A DNA stretch of 64,000 nt from an uncultured Alphaproteobacteria bacterium. GTDB taxonomy: Bacteria; Pseudomonadota; Alphaproteobacteria; HIMB59. The stretch is taken from assembly GCA_902542505.1 (NCBI GenBank), contig CACBUI010000001.1, positions 83 through 64,082 on the forward strand. Direction: 5' to 3'. The stretch's first letter is position 1. The number at the start of each line of letters is the position of its first letter. This document shows, piece by piece, positions 10,407 through 21,534 of this stretch. Under the pieces are notes generated by a model. It worked only from the letters and a program-made list of their open reading frames with translations, did not search any database and was not told the DNA's origin. The translations under genes and the position numbers were made by a program.

Positions 10407-11114
10407 TTATTTCCATGATGTAAATGTAGCAATCTCTATTTCTAATGGAATATATTTATGATTATCAATTAATTTTGAAAATAAATTATTTGTTAATTTT
10501 AAAAAATCTTTTTTAAATCTATGTTTCTCATTAAAAAAATTTGAAATCCCAAACTTTCTAAAATCACTTCTAATTTTGTTCAAAGAACTATAGTTTATCT
10601 CTAGGTTATCTATACCTACTACAACATCTTTATATTTACTTTTATTCAAATCCTCTATCAATTTTGTAGTTTCTAAAAATGGCCCAAATCTCCTATAAAC
10701 TCCACCAAAAATCTTTTCATCAATTTCTAAAAAAATATTTTGAAGTGTTCTCATTGAATTTGATGTTATGGTATTGAAGCAAAATAAACTGTTTTCGTTT
10801 AATTTAGATAAAATTTTATTAAAAATATCATTGCTATTCAAAAACAATGGTATTTGTAGAGAAAAATTTGATATAGCTGCATCAAACTTACCTTCAACTA
10901 CGCTAATATCATTGATATTTATAATTTTTGTATTAGTAAAATTGGACTCCTCTATGCAAAGATCTTCATCTAGAATTAGACAGTTTTCTATTTTTTTTGA
11001 CATGAACTTTAATTTATCATTAATTAAACTTGATCCATTTTTTGCAATTAAATTATCTTTATCAAAATATGCCTTTCTTCTAATATTCCTCTTTTTTAAA
11101 TTAAATTCATTCAT
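10407..11114 (-). CDS. Degenerate SAM-dependent methyltransferase-like protein (BioC/NDUFAF5-like)
   Basis: FDAAISNFSL, TLQNIFLEIDEKIFGGVYRRFGPF, VVGIDNLEINYSSLNKIRSDFRKFG resemble the alphaproteobacterial NDUFAF5-like family; the Gly-rich motif I is missing. Confidence 0.55.
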   Translation of the reverse strand: MNEFNLKKRNIRRKAYFDKDNLIAKNGSSLINDKLKFMSKKIENCLILDEDLCIEESNFTNTKIININDISVVEGKFDAAISNFSLQIPLFLNSNDIFNKILSKLNENSLFCFNTITSNSMRTLQNIFLEIDEKIFGGVYRRFGPFLETTKLIEDLNKSKYKDVVVGIDNLEINYSSLNKIRSDFRKFGISNFFNEKHRFKKDFLKLTNNLFSKLIDNHKYIPLEIEIATFTSWK

Positions 11115-11135
11115 AATGTGCTAAAGTAACTTACC

Positions 11136-11444
11136 ATGATATCGAGATTTAATTTAGACCAAAAAAGGCTTACATTTTATGAAAATCCCGAATTATTTCA
11201 TAAAGAATTTACTGAATTTATTTCATCAAATAATGATAATGAATTTTTGTATTCTACTGAAGAACCAATTGTAATTCTAAATAAAGATAAGACTTTAAAA
11301 TTAACCCTAGTAAAAGATAAGAAGGAATTAGAGTATATATTATTTTCAAACCATAGTATTTCTATTTTACCTCAAGAAAAAATAAAAATTCATAAAGCTA
11401 TTAAAGACGTATCAAATTACATTATTTATAAATTAAATAATTAA
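11136..11444 (+). CDS. Hypothetical protein (102 aa)
   Basis: ORF fills the gap; its stop abuts the ATG of the next gene; no recognised motif. Confidence 0.55.
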   Translation: MISRFNLDQKRLTFYENPELFHKEFTEFISSNNDNEFLYSTEEPIVILNKDKTLKLTLVKDKKELEYILFSNHSISILPQEKIKIHKAIKDVSNYIIYKLNN

Positions 11445-12233
11445 ATGAAGGTTGCACTGATTCAAATTACAGTCGGTTCAAACTTTGATGAAAATTTTGA
11501 AAAATCAAAAAAATTTTTACAAGATAGTTTAAACTCAAGCCCAGATTTCATTTTACTACCTGAGTGCTTTCTCTTTTTATCAAGTAAATCAAAAATTTTA
11601 ATTGAAATGAATCATGACTCTGTAAAATATTTTAAAAATTTTTCAAAGATAAATAATGTATATTTACTATTGGGATCAATTCCCATAACCGAAAATGATA
11701 AATTATTTAATCGATCAATTTTAATTAATCCTGATGGAGATATAATTTCAATTTATGACAAAATTCATATGTTTGACATTACTTTAAAAAATGGTGAGTC
11801 ATACAAAGAAAGTGATTTTTACTCACCTGGAAGTGATTTAAAAATCACTAATGTATTGGGTCACTCAGTTGGTCATACTATTTGTTATGATTTGAGGTAC
11901 CCTAAATTGTACAGAGCTTTGGCAAAAAAAGGTTCACAAATTATTGTTGTCCCTTCAGCATTTACGCACACAACAGGCAAGGCTCATTGGCATTCTCTTA
12001 TTAAAGCAAGGGCTATTGAGAATGGAGTTTTTATATTGGCACCTAATCAATGGGGAGTAAATAATGAAAAAAGAGTAACTTATGGGCATACTTTAATAGT
12101 AGACCCTTGGGGAGAGACATTAGCTGAAGCTGAAGATAGTGAAATGATCATTGCTGCTGAACTTGATTTAAATAGAGTTAGAGAGTGTCAAAACGCAATA
12201 CCTGTATTAGATAATGATAGAAATTTTGATTAA
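11445..12233 (+). CDS. Carbon-nitrogen hydrolase (Nit1-like, deaminated glutathione amidase family)
   Basis: Catalytic triad motifs LPE, YDKIHMFD, ICYDLRYP; TGKAHW, ARAIEN. Confidence 0.92.
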   Translation: MKVALIQITVGSNFDENFEKSKKFLQDSLNSSPDFILLPECFLFLSSKSKILIEMNHDSVKYFKNFSKINNVYLLLGSIPITENDKLFNRSILINPDGDIISIYDKIHMFDITLKNGESYKESDFYSPGSDLKITNVLGHSVGHTICYDLRYPKLYRALAKKGSQIIVVPSAFTHTTGKAHWHSLIKARAIENGVFILAPNQWGVNNEKRVTYGHTLIVDPWGETLAEAEDSEMIIAAELDLNRVRECQNAIPVLDNDRNFD

Positions 12234-12238
12234 TATTA

Positions 12239-12267
12239 TTGAAAATTATCATTGAATGACCAAATAT
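12239..12267 (+). promoter_or_regulatory. Putative RpoH (sigma32)-type promoter of the DUF1178 gene
   Basis: TTGAAA-N15-CCAAATAT ending 5 nt before the ATG at 12273. Confidence 0.4.
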
Positions 12268-12272
12268 AAAGA

Positions 12273-12707
12273 ATGATAAAATTTGATTTAATTTGTGAAA
12301 ATCAACACATATTTGAAGCTAGTTTTGATGACTCAAACTCTTTTGAAAAACAAAAAAGAAAAAAACAAATTGAATGCCCTTTCTGTAATTCATCAACAAT
12401 ATCAAAATCAGTTATGGCACCAAACATTTCTGGTAAATCAACAAGTTCAGCTAAAATAAATCGTGAAAAAAAGAAATTATTTTCAAATTATAATAAACAA
12501 TTAAATAAAATTAAATCTGAAATAGAAAAAAATTTTACATATGTTGGAAAAAAATTTCCAGAAGAGGCTAGAAAAATTCATTATGGTGAATCTAAAGATA
12601 AACCTATTTATGGAGAGGCAACTGAAAAAGAAAGTCAAGAATTGGTCGATGAGGGTATAGGTTTAGTAAGACTCCCTTTTAGTAAAAAAGAAAAAAATAA
12701 AAATTAG
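12273..12707 (+). CDS. DUF1178 family protein
   Basis: MIKFDLICENQHIFEASF...CPFCNS...KSVMAP...YVGKKFPEEARKIHYGE...IYGEA. Confidence 0.9.
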   Translation: MIKFDLICENQHIFEASFDDSNSFEKQKRKKQIECPFCNSSTISKSVMAPNISGKSTSSAKINREKKKLFSNYNKQLNKIKSEIEKNFTYVGKKFPEEARKIHYGESKDKPIYGEATEKESQELVDEGIGLVRLPFSKKEKNKN

Positions 12708-13360
12708 TATTTCAAAGTACCAAAGTAATTTACTAAATCAAATTTACTTAGTTTGAAAGATTTAAAAATTGGATTGTATTGCATGCCCTCTATATCCATT
12801 AAACTTAAATTATATTTTTGACTAATTGATTGTAATTTAGAGGGAGATAAAAAAAGATTAAAATCGTGGGTTTTTTTAGGAAGTAGCTTTAAGAGATTCT
12901 CAGCAATATCAATTGCTAAATATTTTGATAATAAATTCTTATTAAGTGTAGATATAAATATATATGCATTTTTATTGAGATTTTTAGTTAAGTTTTCAAA
13001 AAGTTGATACTTATCTTGTTCTTCTAAATGTTCTAAGAATTCAAACAAAAAAATAACATCAAATTTTTTTTTACAATTTTTTAAAAATTTATTAGCTTCT
13101 ATATTAATGAGTTTAAAATTTATTTTGTTCTTTATTTTAAAATTATTCTCGATATCAATACCTGAACACACTGCGCCCATACTATAATAATTATTAAGGA
13201 ATTCGCCAGTTCCACATCCAAGATCTAAAATTTTTTTATTCTTAAAGAATTCATAAATATCTTGACCACTATGATCTCTTAATATTTTTGACATATACTG
13301 ATGTCTTATAGCCATCATTTGCTCTAATGGTTCGTAATACTTGCTATTATAAGTGTCCAT
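12704..13360 (-). CDS. ubiG: Ubiquinone biosynthesis O-methyltransferase UbiG (short N-terminus)
   Basis: ILDLGCGTG, FEFLEH, STLNKN, LLPKKTHDF, YNP; divergent from lysC as in other Alphaproteobacteria. Confidence 0.85.
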   Translation of the reverse strand: MDTYNSKYYEPLEQMMAIRHQYMSKILRDHSGQDIYEFFKNKKILDLGCGTGEFLNNYYSMGAVCSGIDIENNFKIKNKINFKLINIEANKFLKNCKKKFDVIFLFEFLEHLEEQDKYQLFENLTKNLNKNAYIFISTLNKNLLSKYLAIDIAENLLKLLPKKTHDFNLFLSPSKLQSISQKYNLSLMDIEGMQYNPIFKSFKLSKFDLVNYFGTLKY

Positions 13361-13402
13361 GTTCTTTACATCATAAATGTTAAGAGTATATTACCGTAAT
13401 TC

Positions 13403-14617
13403 ATGAAAATTAAAGTTTTAAAATTTGGTGGTACATCCGTTGGGAGTATTGAAGCTATAAAAAGATCAGCAGATATTATTCATGATTGGTCAAAAAAATC
13501 AAAAGTTATAGCTGTGCTATCTGCTATGTCAGGTGAAACTGATCGTTTAATAAATTTAACAAAATCTTTTTCAAAAAATCCAAATCCAATTGATTTTGAT
13601 AACGCCATTTCATCAGGTGAAAATGTATCTTGCGCGTTAATGTCTATATGTCTCAATAATCAAAAGATTAAAGCTAAATCAATACTTAGTTGGCAAATTC
13701 CGATTATAACATCATCAGAGCATATGAAGTCTAGAATTTTATCCATTAATAAAAAATTTTTATATGATGAATTAAAAAATTTTGAAGTTCTATTAATTCC
13801 TGGTTTCCAAGGTATTAACAACAAGGGAGAATTAACCACCTTAGGTAGGGGTGGTTCTGATACTAGTGCTGTTGCTGTTGCGGCAGCGATGGAAACAGAA
13901 TGTATAATTTATACTGATGTTGAGGGTGTATTTACCACTGATCCAAACATAGTGCCTAAAGCAAAAAAAATTAATAAAATTTCATATGAAGAAATGCTTG
14001 AATTAGCCTCACAAGGAGCTAAGGTTCTTCAAACTCGTTCTGTTGAGTTAGCTATGAGAAAAAATACTAAATTAAGTGTAAGATCTTCTTTCATACCCAA
14101 AAAAATTGGTACCATGATTACTGACGAAAAAAGTGTTTTAGAAAATAATACTGTGAGTGGAATAACTTACTCCAAAGATGAAGCAAAAATTACACTTTCA
14201 AGAGTACAAGATAAACCTGGAGTCTCTTCAAAAATCTTTGGCCCATTAGCTAAAGGCAATATAAATGTTGATATGATACTCCAAAATATTTCACAAGATG
14301 GAAAGTTTGCAAATTTATCTTTTACTTTGCCAAGACTAGACTTAGAAAAAGCATTAAAAATACTAAAAAAAGAGAAATCTATAATTGGATATAAAAAAAT
14401 TATTTCATCTAATAATATTTCAAAAATTTCAGTGGTTGGAGTAGGGATGAGATCTCATGCTGGAGTTGCCCAAACATTATTTGATACTCTTGGAAAAAAT
14501 AAAATAAATATTCAAGTTATTACCACTTCAGAAATAAAAATAAGTATATTAATTCATGAAGATCAAACTGATTTAGCTGTACAAAAATTACATCAAGCCT
14601 TCAAACTACATAAATAA
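13403..14617 (+). CDS. lysC: Aspartate kinase
   Basis: KFGGTSV, TTLGRGGSDTSAVA, YTDVEGVFTTDP, two ACT domains. Confidence 0.97.
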   Translation: MKIKVLKFGGTSVGSIEAIKRSADIIHDWSKKSKVIAVLSAMSGETDRLINLTKSFSKNPNPIDFDNAISSGENVSCALMSICLNNQKIKAKSILSWQIPIITSSEHMKSRILSINKKFLYDELKNFEVLLIPGFQGINNKGELTTLGRGGSDTSAVAVAAAMETECIIYTDVEGVFTTDPNIVPKAKKINKISYEEMLELASQGAKVLQTRSVELAMRKNTKLSVRSSFIPKKIGTMITDEKSVLENNTVSGITYSKDEAKITLSRVQDKPGVSSKIFGPLAKGNINVDMILQNISQDGKFANLSFTLPRLDLEKALKILKKEKSIIGYKKIISSNNISKISVVGVGMRSHAGVAQTLFDTLGKNKINIQVITTSEIKISILIHEDQTDLAVQKLHQAFKLHK

Positions 14618-14621
14618 TTTT

Positions 14622-15341
14622 TTGGATAAGTTAATTTCAATCAAAGAGGCAAGAATTAAGAAAGGATTATCAATCAATGATTTATCCAAAGCTCTTAAAT
14701 TAGATTTAGAAATAATACGACTTTTAGATGATAATTTAAAACTCCCTAAAAAATATCGTGCTTATCAATCAACTTATAAAAAATCTATATATAGATATTT
14801 GGGTTACGAAATTAAATATAAAAATTCAATTAGTGATATCCCAATCGATTACACTAAACTTTCAATAGTCTATTTCTTATTGTTACTTGTTTTTGTAATT
14901 TTAATTTTATTATCATTTAATATATATAATAAATTTAACAATCAAATTTCATTTAAAGAGGTTGAAAAAGATCAAGTTTATAATGATGTTTATAAGATCT
15001 CTAATCAATATGATTTGTATGAATTAAATCATAATGATTTTATAAATAATCTTATCCCGTTAAACAGAGCTAACTATTCGCAAAAATTATCAATTTTTGC
15101 AAAACCTAATAAGACTATTTTTTACAAAATTCAAAACAACATTAAAAATACTTTACAATTTGGTGAAATTACCAAATCTAATGAACTTATTCTCGATTTA
15201 GACAATGATTTTTTTATCGATTTATCTAATATAAATAATATTGATAAGATAATTTACAGAGGTGTAGAAATTAGATTAAATAAGGAATTAAACTCTTATT
15301 TATTTAATTTTCACATTAAAGATTTAGAGACTTTATTATGA
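14622..15341 (+). CDS. rodZ: RodZ-like HTH + transmembrane protein (divergent)
   Basis: N-terminal HTH ([21 protein letters not shown]), one TM helix, position directly upstream of ispG. Confidence 0.6.
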   Translation: MDKLISIKEARIKKGLSINDLSKALKLDLEIIRLLDDNLKLPKKYRAYQSTYKKSIYRYLGYEIKYKNSISDIPIDYTKLSIVYFLLLLVFVILILLSFNIYNKFNNQISFKEVEKDQVYNDVYKISNQYDLYELNHNDFINNLIPLNRANYSQKLSIFAKPNKTIFYKIQNNIKNTLQFGEITKSNELILDLDNDFFIDLSNINNIDKIIYRGVEIRLNKELNSYLFNFHIKDLETLL

Positions 15342-16432
15342 AATATTCTCATTCAATAAAGAGAAAAAAAACAAAAAAAATTCAAATTGGAAATATTTTT
15401 GTCGGTGGAGACTCTCCAATTACGGTTCAGACAATGACAAATACCCTTACACATGACATTGATGCAACACTTGAGCAGATATCTCTCATTGAACAAGAGG
15501 GATGCGATATAGTCAGAGTTTCAGTTCCTGATGAAAAATCATCAAAAGCATTAAAAAAAATAATTCCTGAAATTAAGATCCCCTTAGTCGCTGATATTCA
15601 CTTTCATTATAAAAGAGCACTTGAGGCTGCAGAAAATGGAGCACATTGTCTTCGAATAAATCCAGGCAATATCGGCTCTAGGGAAAAAGTAAAAGAGGTT
15701 GTTGAAGCTGCCAAGCAGAACAAAATACCTATAAGAATAGGTGTTAATGCTGGAAGTTTAGAAAAATCAATATTAGAAAAATATAAAAGCCCAACCTCTG
15801 AGGCATTATTTGAAAGTGCTAAGCTAAATATAAAACTTTTAGAGGATCTAAATTTTGATAATTTTAAAATTAGTGTTAAAGCTTCTAATGTTTTTACAGC
15901 AGTAGAGTCATATAGAAAGTTATCTAATTTTTGTGACTATCCTCTTCATTTAGGTATTACTGAAGCAGGAAGTTATTTTAGTGGATCAATAAAATCTTCT
16001 ATAGGTCTTGGATTGCTTCTTTATGATGGTATTGGCGATACAGTGAGAATTTCACTTTCAGATCATCCAACTCAAGAGGTCAAAGTAGGGTTTGAAATGT
16101 TAAAATCACTAAATTTAAGAGATTATGGTGTAACAATAATATCTTGCCCATCTTGCGCAAGACAGCAATTTGATGTTATTGAGACAGTTAAAAATGTTGA
16201 GAAAAAACTCTCTCACATTAAAAAACCTATAACAGTTTCAATTATTGGATGTGTTGTTAATGGACCAGGTGAAGCTACAATGACTAACATAGGCATAACA
16301 GGTGGTGGAAATAACACACATATGGTATACGTCGATGGAGAAAAAAGCCATAGAATACAAGACGAAGATTTAGTTGAGTACTTAGTTAAAACTATAGAAA
16401 ATAAAGTTGATCAGATTCATCATTTAAAATGA
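15338..16432 (+). CDS. ispG: (E)-4-hydroxy-3-methylbut-2-enyl-diphosphate synthase
   Basis: [45 protein letters not shown]. Confidence 0.98.
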   Translation: MKYSHSIKRKKTKKIQIGNIFVGGDSPITVQTMTNTLTHDIDATLEQISLIEQEGCDIVRVSVPDEKSSKALKKIIPEIKIPLVADIHFHYKRALEAAENGAHCLRINPGNIGSREKVKEVVEAAKQNKIPIRIGVNAGSLEKSILEKYKSPTSEALFESAKLNIKLLEDLNFDNFKISVKASNVFTAVESYRKLSNFCDYPLHLGITEAGSYFSGSIKSSIGLGLLLYDGIGDTVRISLSDHPTQEVKVGFEMLKSLNLRDYGVTIISCPSCARQQFDVIETVKNVEKKLSHIKKPITVSIIGCVVNGPGEATMTNIGITGGGNNTHMVYVDGEKSHRIQDEDLVEYLVKTIENKVDQIHHLK

Positions 16433-17676
16433 AAAGAAATATTAGTTTAGTAAAAGGCACACATGATATTCATGGAGCTGAAATGGAGAAGTTTGAATTT
16501 ATTATTGAAAAATTTTATTCAATCTGTAGGAATTTCAATTTTAAATCTATACAAACTCCTATTTTGGAACAACAAGATTTATTTTCTAGGACCGTAGGCG
16601 AGCAAACCGATATTGTCTCTAAAGAGATGTATTCATTTTTAGATAAAGGAGAAGCATATATTTGTTTAAGACCTGAGGCCACAAGTAGTCTAGCTAGGTT
16701 TGCTGCTTCAAACTATCAATCGGGTTTACTTAAATTAATTACTCACGGCCCAATGTTTAGAAGAGAAAGACCCCAAAAAGGTAGGTATAGACAGTTTCAT
16801 CAAATAAATATTGAGTCTATCGGTGAAAAAAGTCCTTATGTAGATTTTGAATTAATTCTAATCGCAAAGTTATTATTTGATGACCTTGGAATTAAAGAAA
16901 ATAAACATAGATTATTAATTAATTCTCTAGGGTCAAAAGAGGATCAAATTAAATATGCTTATGAATTAAAAAAATATTTAACCGAATTTAAAAAACAGTT
17001 ATCAGAAATCTCACAATCTAGATTGGATAAAAATCCACTTAGAATTTTGGATAGTAAAGATCCAAAAGACTCTGAAATATTAGTAAATGCTCCAAAAATT
17101 AGTGAACACTTATCTGAAGAGAGTAAAAATTATTTCAATCAAGTTAAAAAACTTTTAAACGATAATAAAATTAAATTTTTTGAAGACCCAAAATTAGTTA
17201 GAGGATTAGATTATTATTCACATACGGCTTTTGAGTTTCAAACAAATGAAGATAAAAGACAAAATGCAATATTAGCTGGCGGTAGGTATGACAATTTAAT
17301 TAGCATGATTTCTTCTAGAGATATACCAGGAGTTGGCTGGGCAGCTGGTATAGAAAGATTAATGGATTTGATATCTATAAAAGATGAAAAGTCAGAATTA
17401 GATAAAAAGATATTATTTGCCGTCCAAGATGAGTCTTATTTAAATAATAATAGAATTTTAAAACAAATTTACAGTTTAAGATATAACCATGAAGTTAGAG
17501 TTAGCAAAAATATAAAAAAACTTTTTAGTTATGCAGATAAAAACAATTTCAATTTTATTCTTCTTATTGGTGAAGAAGAGATCAAAAATAAAAAAATTAT
17601 TTTAAAAGATTTAAAAAATAAAAATCAAAAATCTTTTGAAATTTCCAAATTTGAGCTTAAAAATGAAATTAGATAA
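16429..17676 (+). CDS. hisS: Histidine--tRNA ligase
   Basis: [47 protein letters not shown]. Confidence 0.97.
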   Translation: MKRNISLVKGTHDIHGAEMEKFEFIIEKFYSICRNFNFKSIQTPILEQQDLFSRTVGEQTDIVSKEMYSFLDKGEAYICLRPEATSSLARFAASNYQSGLLKLITHGPMFRRERPQKGRYRQFHQINIESIGEKSPYVDFELILIAKLLFDDLGIKENKHRLLINSLGSKEDQIKYAYELKKYLTEFKKQLSEISQSRLDKNPLRILDSKDPKDSEILVNAPKISEHLSEESKNYFNQVKKLLNDNKIKFFEDPKLVRGLDYYSHTAFEFQTNEDKRQNAILAGGRYDNLISMISSRDIPGVGWAAGIERLMDLISIKDEKSELDKKILFAVQDESYLNNNRILKQIYSLRYNHEVRVSKNIKKLFSYADKNNFNFILLIGEEEIKNKKIILKDLKNKNQKSFEISKFELKNEIR

Positions 17677-18742
17677 ACAAATCATTGATTTAAAAAACAA
17701 ATTTAATCAATTAAATGAGAAACTTTTAAATTCTCAAAACTTAAAAAATGAGGAAATTATTCAAATAAATAAAGATTTATCAAAATTGGAGCCAATTATT
17801 GCTCTTTCTGACACCATTAAAAATTTAGATAAGGAAATCAAAGGCTATAAAGAAATACTTGAAAATGAAAGCGATGAAGAGCTCCGAAATTTAGCAAAAC
17901 AAGAATTACCTTTGTATGAAAAAGATTTAGAAATTAAAAATAAAGAATTACTAATTGCTCTACTGCCTAAAGATGAGGCTGATGATAAAAATGTAATTTT
18001 AGAAATAAGGGCGGGTACCGGAGGAGATGAGGCTGCATTATTTGCTGGAGATTTATATAGAATGTATGAGCGATATTCCTCATTAAAAAGTTGGAAGTTT
18101 CAGCCAATGGAGAAGAGCGAGACAGGATTGAAGGGTATAAAAGAAGCAATAATAGAAATTAAAGGAGATGGTGTATTTAAATTTTTAAAAAATGAGTCTG
18201 GAGTCCACAGAGTTCAACGCATACCAGAAACTGAGTCTGGGGGAAGGATTCACACCTCGGCTGCAACTGTTGCTGTTTTGCCAGAAGCTGAGGACGTTGA
18301 CTTAGAGATAAAAGATACTGATTTAAGAATAGACGTTTATAGATCAGGAGGGGCGGGAGGCCAATCGGTAAATACAACAGATAGCGCTGTAAGAATTACA
18401 CATTTACCTACAAACATAGTAGTAACTCAACAAGACGAAAGATCTCAACATAAAAATAAAGCTAAGGCATTAAAAATTCTACGATCTAGATTATATGAAG
18501 TTGAAAGAATTAAGAAACAAGAAGAGGTTTCATCCAATAGAAAAAATCAAGTTGGTTCAGGAGATAGATCTGAAAGAATTAGAACATATAATTTTCCACA
18601 GGGTAGAGTATCAGATCATAGAATTAACTTAACGCTCTATAAATTAGACCAGTTTTTAACTGGCGAGGCATTAGATGAAATGATATCAGCTTTGTCAGCC
18701 AGTGAACAAGCCGAAAAATTAAGTCAACTTAATGCTAATTAA
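17663..18742 (+). CDS. prfA: Peptide chain release factor 1
   Basis: [14 protein letters not shown] anticodon-mimic motif ([14 protein letters not shown]), GGQ motif; ATG at 17663 preferred to the track's 17636. Confidence 0.97.
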   Translation: MKLDKQIIDLKNKFNQLNEKLLNSQNLKNEEIIQINKDLSKLEPIIALSDTIKNLDKEIKGYKEILENESDEELRNLAKQELPLYEKDLEIKNKELLIALLPKDEADDKNVILEIRAGTGGDEAALFAGDLYRMYERYSSLKSWKFQPMEKSETGLKGIKEAIIEIKGDGVFKFLKNESGVHRVQRIPETESGGRIHTSAATVAVLPEAEDVDLEIKDTDLRIDVYRSGGAGGQSVNTTDSAVRITHLPTNIVVTQQDERSQHKNKAKALKILRSRLYEVERIKKQEEVSSNRKNQVGSGDRSERIRTYNFPQGRVSDHRINLTLYKLDQFLTGEALDEMISALSASEQAEKLSQLNAN

Positions 18743-19598
18743 TAATTATTTAAGTAAATTAGATATAAAAAAAATTTTACTTAAAAATTTAAAATCAATT
18801 TCTGGATCTCAAGCTGAGCAAGAGTCACAAATAATGATTTCTTATTCATCTAATAATGAAAATAAATTAGTTATTAATAATAGTGAAGTTGATCAAGGAT
18901 TAATTAATAAGATCCTAAATGAAAGAGTAAAAGGAAAGCCATTAGCAAAAATAATCAACGAAAAAGGTTTTTGGAAAAAAATATTCTATACAGATGATTA
19001 CACTTTAGATCCAAGAGCTGACTCTGAAATATTAGTTGAACAAATATTAATTGATTGTAAAAAAAATAAAAATCAAAAACACTTGAAGTTGCTTGATTTG
19101 TGTTGTGGGACTGGGTGCCTAGGTATTTCTATTATAGATGAGCTAGATAATGCATTTTGTGATTTTATTGATGTCTCCAAACATGCTCTTACTGCTTGCA
19201 AAAAAAATATAATAAAATTTAAACTGCAACAAAAAACAAATATATTCCACTCAAATTTATTTGAAAATTATCCAATAAATAGACTGAAATATATTGATTT
19301 TATTGTTTGTAACCCACCATATATACCAACAAGAAATTATTTAAATTTAAATAAGGAGACTTTACATGATCCAAGAATTTCACTTGATGGTGGAAAATTA
19401 GGCATGGATTATTACGTTAAAATTATTAATTTTTTAATTAGTGTAAAGTTTAAAGGGATTGTTTATTTTGAAATTGATCCAATTATCACTAAAAAAATGT
19501 ATAAATTATTATTAGAAAAAGGTGTGAAAATAGTTTATAAAAAAACTGATTATCTTAATTTAGACAGACTTATAAAGATAAAATTCCCTACTACTTAA
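18732..19598 (+). CDS. prmC: Release factor glutamine methyltransferase PrmC/HemK
   Basis: [17 protein letters not shown]; follows prfA. Confidence 0.92.
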   Translation: MLINNYLSKLDIKKILLKNLKSISGSQAEQESQIMISYSSNNENKLVINNSEVDQGLINKILNERVKGKPLAKIINEKGFWKKIFYTDDYTLDPRADSEILVEQILIDCKKNKNQKHLKLLDLCCGTGCLGISIIDELDNAFCDFIDVSKHALTACKKNIIKFKLQQKTNIFHSNLFENYPINRLKYIDFIVCNPPYIPTRNYLNLNKETLHDPRISLDGGKLGMDYYVKIINFLISVKFKGIVYFEIDPIITKKMYKLLLEKGVKIVYKKTDYLNLDRLIKIKFPTT

Positions 19599-19635
19599 TT
19601 GATGGGCTTTTTTAGAGATAATCGATAAAAAATTA

Positions 19636-20025
19636 ATGAAAAATTTTGTAAAAAGAAAGCCTTACGGCGGTCAAAGGAAAATAAACTCCTCTAGATCTGG
19701 TGTTGCTGACTCTCCATATCTACAAGCTAATGGAAATTCAAACGGGTTTAAAAGAAACGGAAAAAATCCAAAAGATCAATATAACGATTATCTTAACAAA
19801 GCAAAAGATGCTAAGGGACAAGGTGACGACGTATTAGAGCAATTTTACCTTCAACACGCTGAACACTATTTTAGACAAACAGATAATTCAAATAGAGGTT
19901 TTGTTGCTAGAAAAATTATTAGTAAAGACAAAACTGAAAATAACGACAGCGATTTGAACAAAGACAATAAGTCAGAACGTAACTCAACCTCTGATTTTGA
20001 TGACTTAGCTAGTCAGTTAGCTTAA
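19636..20025 (+). CDS. DUF4167 domain protein
   Basis: YLNKAKDAKGQGDDVLEQFYLQHAEHYFR; usual position after prmC. Confidence 0.85.
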   Translation: MKNFVKRKPYGGQRKINSSRSGVADSPYLQANGNSNGFKRNGKNPKDQYNDYLNKAKDAKGQGDDVLEQFYLQHAEHYFRQTDNSNRGFVARKIISKDKTENNDSDLNKDNKSERNSTSDFDDLASQLA

Positions 20026-21491
20026 TTTATTTTATTTTTATAAATATTAACTTCTTCATCTATTTTAGAAACTAATATTTGAAATTCATTTAGTTGTTGT
20101 TTGTTAAGCTTTCTTCCTGAGGGTAATTTAAGTGTAGCTGGGTTTATTTGTTTTCCATTAACAATAATTTCATAATGTAAATGAGGTCCAGTTGATTTTC
20201 CTGTTGAGCCTACATAACCAATAACATCACCTTGCTTAACTCTTACACCACTTGATATTCCTTTTTTATAACCATTAAGATGTGCGTAAGCTGTTTTATA
20301 AGTACTATCGTGACGAATTCTAATATATTTTCCATATCCTCCATTTCTACCTACGTACTCTACAATACCATTTCCAGCAGCAAAAATTGGAGTTCCTGTT
20401 GGAGCAGCAAAATCTACTCCTTTATGCATTTTATTATAACCGGAGATAGGATGTTTTCTCATACCATAACTGGAACTAAGCCTTGCACCATTTATTGGAG
20501 TTTTCATTAAGCTTTTTGTCATTCCTTTACCTTTTTCGTCAAAATATTCGCTGAATTCTCCATTGTCATAAAGATAGTATATTAATGGAGTGCCTCTTGA
20601 TGAAAGCATTAAGTATTTTGGATCTTCGATTTGAATTGTCTTACCATCATTGTTTACCTTTTTGACAAACAGCATTTCAAAATTATCACCCTCATAAATA
20701 TCTCTCTGAAAATCAACATCAAAACTGTAAATCCTGATAATTTCATTAATTACTATTTCAGATAACCCTTGATCTTTCAAAGCTTTATATAAACTTGTTT
20801 TAATTTTCCCTGTCACAAAAATTTCTTTGGAGCTCAACGGAATTTCATTAATTTCATAAATAAAATTATCATTTAGGTAAGATATGATTAATTCTTTAGT
20901 GTCAGAATATTTATAAATTAGGTCAAAAGTATTTAAACCCTCAGCATCATATTCGCTGATTATTTTTACAGTATCCCCAATATATAATTTAGAAAAATCA
21001 TAATATTCTTTTCCGTTGAGTATTACTAAGTCTATATCTCTACCTTTTAGACCTCCTTTTTTTAAAATTTTTGCAAAACTATCTCCCTTGGAAACTATGA
21101 TTTCATCAAAATTATTATTTAATTTCTCATCTTTCTTATTTTCAATTGGTAAAGAGTCTTCTGGTGTTTTTATATTAACTTTCTCTTCTTTTTTGGTTAA
21201 GTCTTTATCGAAAATATTTGATAAATTTTCAAGTGTTATATTTTCAAAATAATTTTTTGATTTTTCTTTATCAAATATTGGATCGTCAAGACTTTCAATA
21301 CTTATAACATCATAATATTTTTGAAATTTTTTTTTATCAAAATAGTTAATATCTACATCATCATAAATATAAGCATATTCATTGTTTATTTTTACGAAAT
21401 CAGAATAGCTCATATAAAAGCAAAAAAAGCTGATTATAACTAATAAAGTTATTAGTAATGCTTTTATTGTAAAACTATTTGTCCTTGTCAT
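20022..21491 (-). CDS. M23 family peptidoglycan endopeptidase
   Basis: N-terminal TM, YSFDVDFQRDI, HKGVDFAAPTGTP, YAHL, STGPHLHYE. Confidence 0.93.
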   Translation of the reverse strand: MTRTNSFTIKALLITLLVIISFFCFYMSYSDFVKINNEYAYIYDDVDINYFDKKKFQKYYDVISIESLDDPIFDKEKSKNYFENITLENLSNIFDKDLTKKEEKVNIKTPEDSLPIENKKDEKLNNNFDEIIVSKGDSFAKILKKGGLKGRDIDLVILNGKEYYDFSKLYIGDTVKIISEYDAEGLNTFDLIYKYSDTKELIISYLNDNFIYEINEIPLSSKEIFVTGKIKTSLYKALKDQGLSEIVINEIIRIYSFDVDFQRDIYEGDNFEMLFVKKVNNDGKTIQIEDPKYLMLSSRGTPLIYYLYDNGEFSEYFDEKGKGMTKSLMKTPINGARLSSSYGMRKHPISGYNKMHKGVDFAAPTGTPIFAAGNGIVEYVGRNGGYGKYIRIRHDSTYKTAYAHLNGYKKGISSGVRVKQGDVIGYVGSTGKSTGPHLHYEIIVNGKQINPATLKLPSGRKLNKQQLNEFQILVSKIDEEVNIYKNKIN

Positions 21492-21534
21492 TTATTTCTT
21501 TATAAAGAAGTAAAATTAATCGATTGTTATCATA

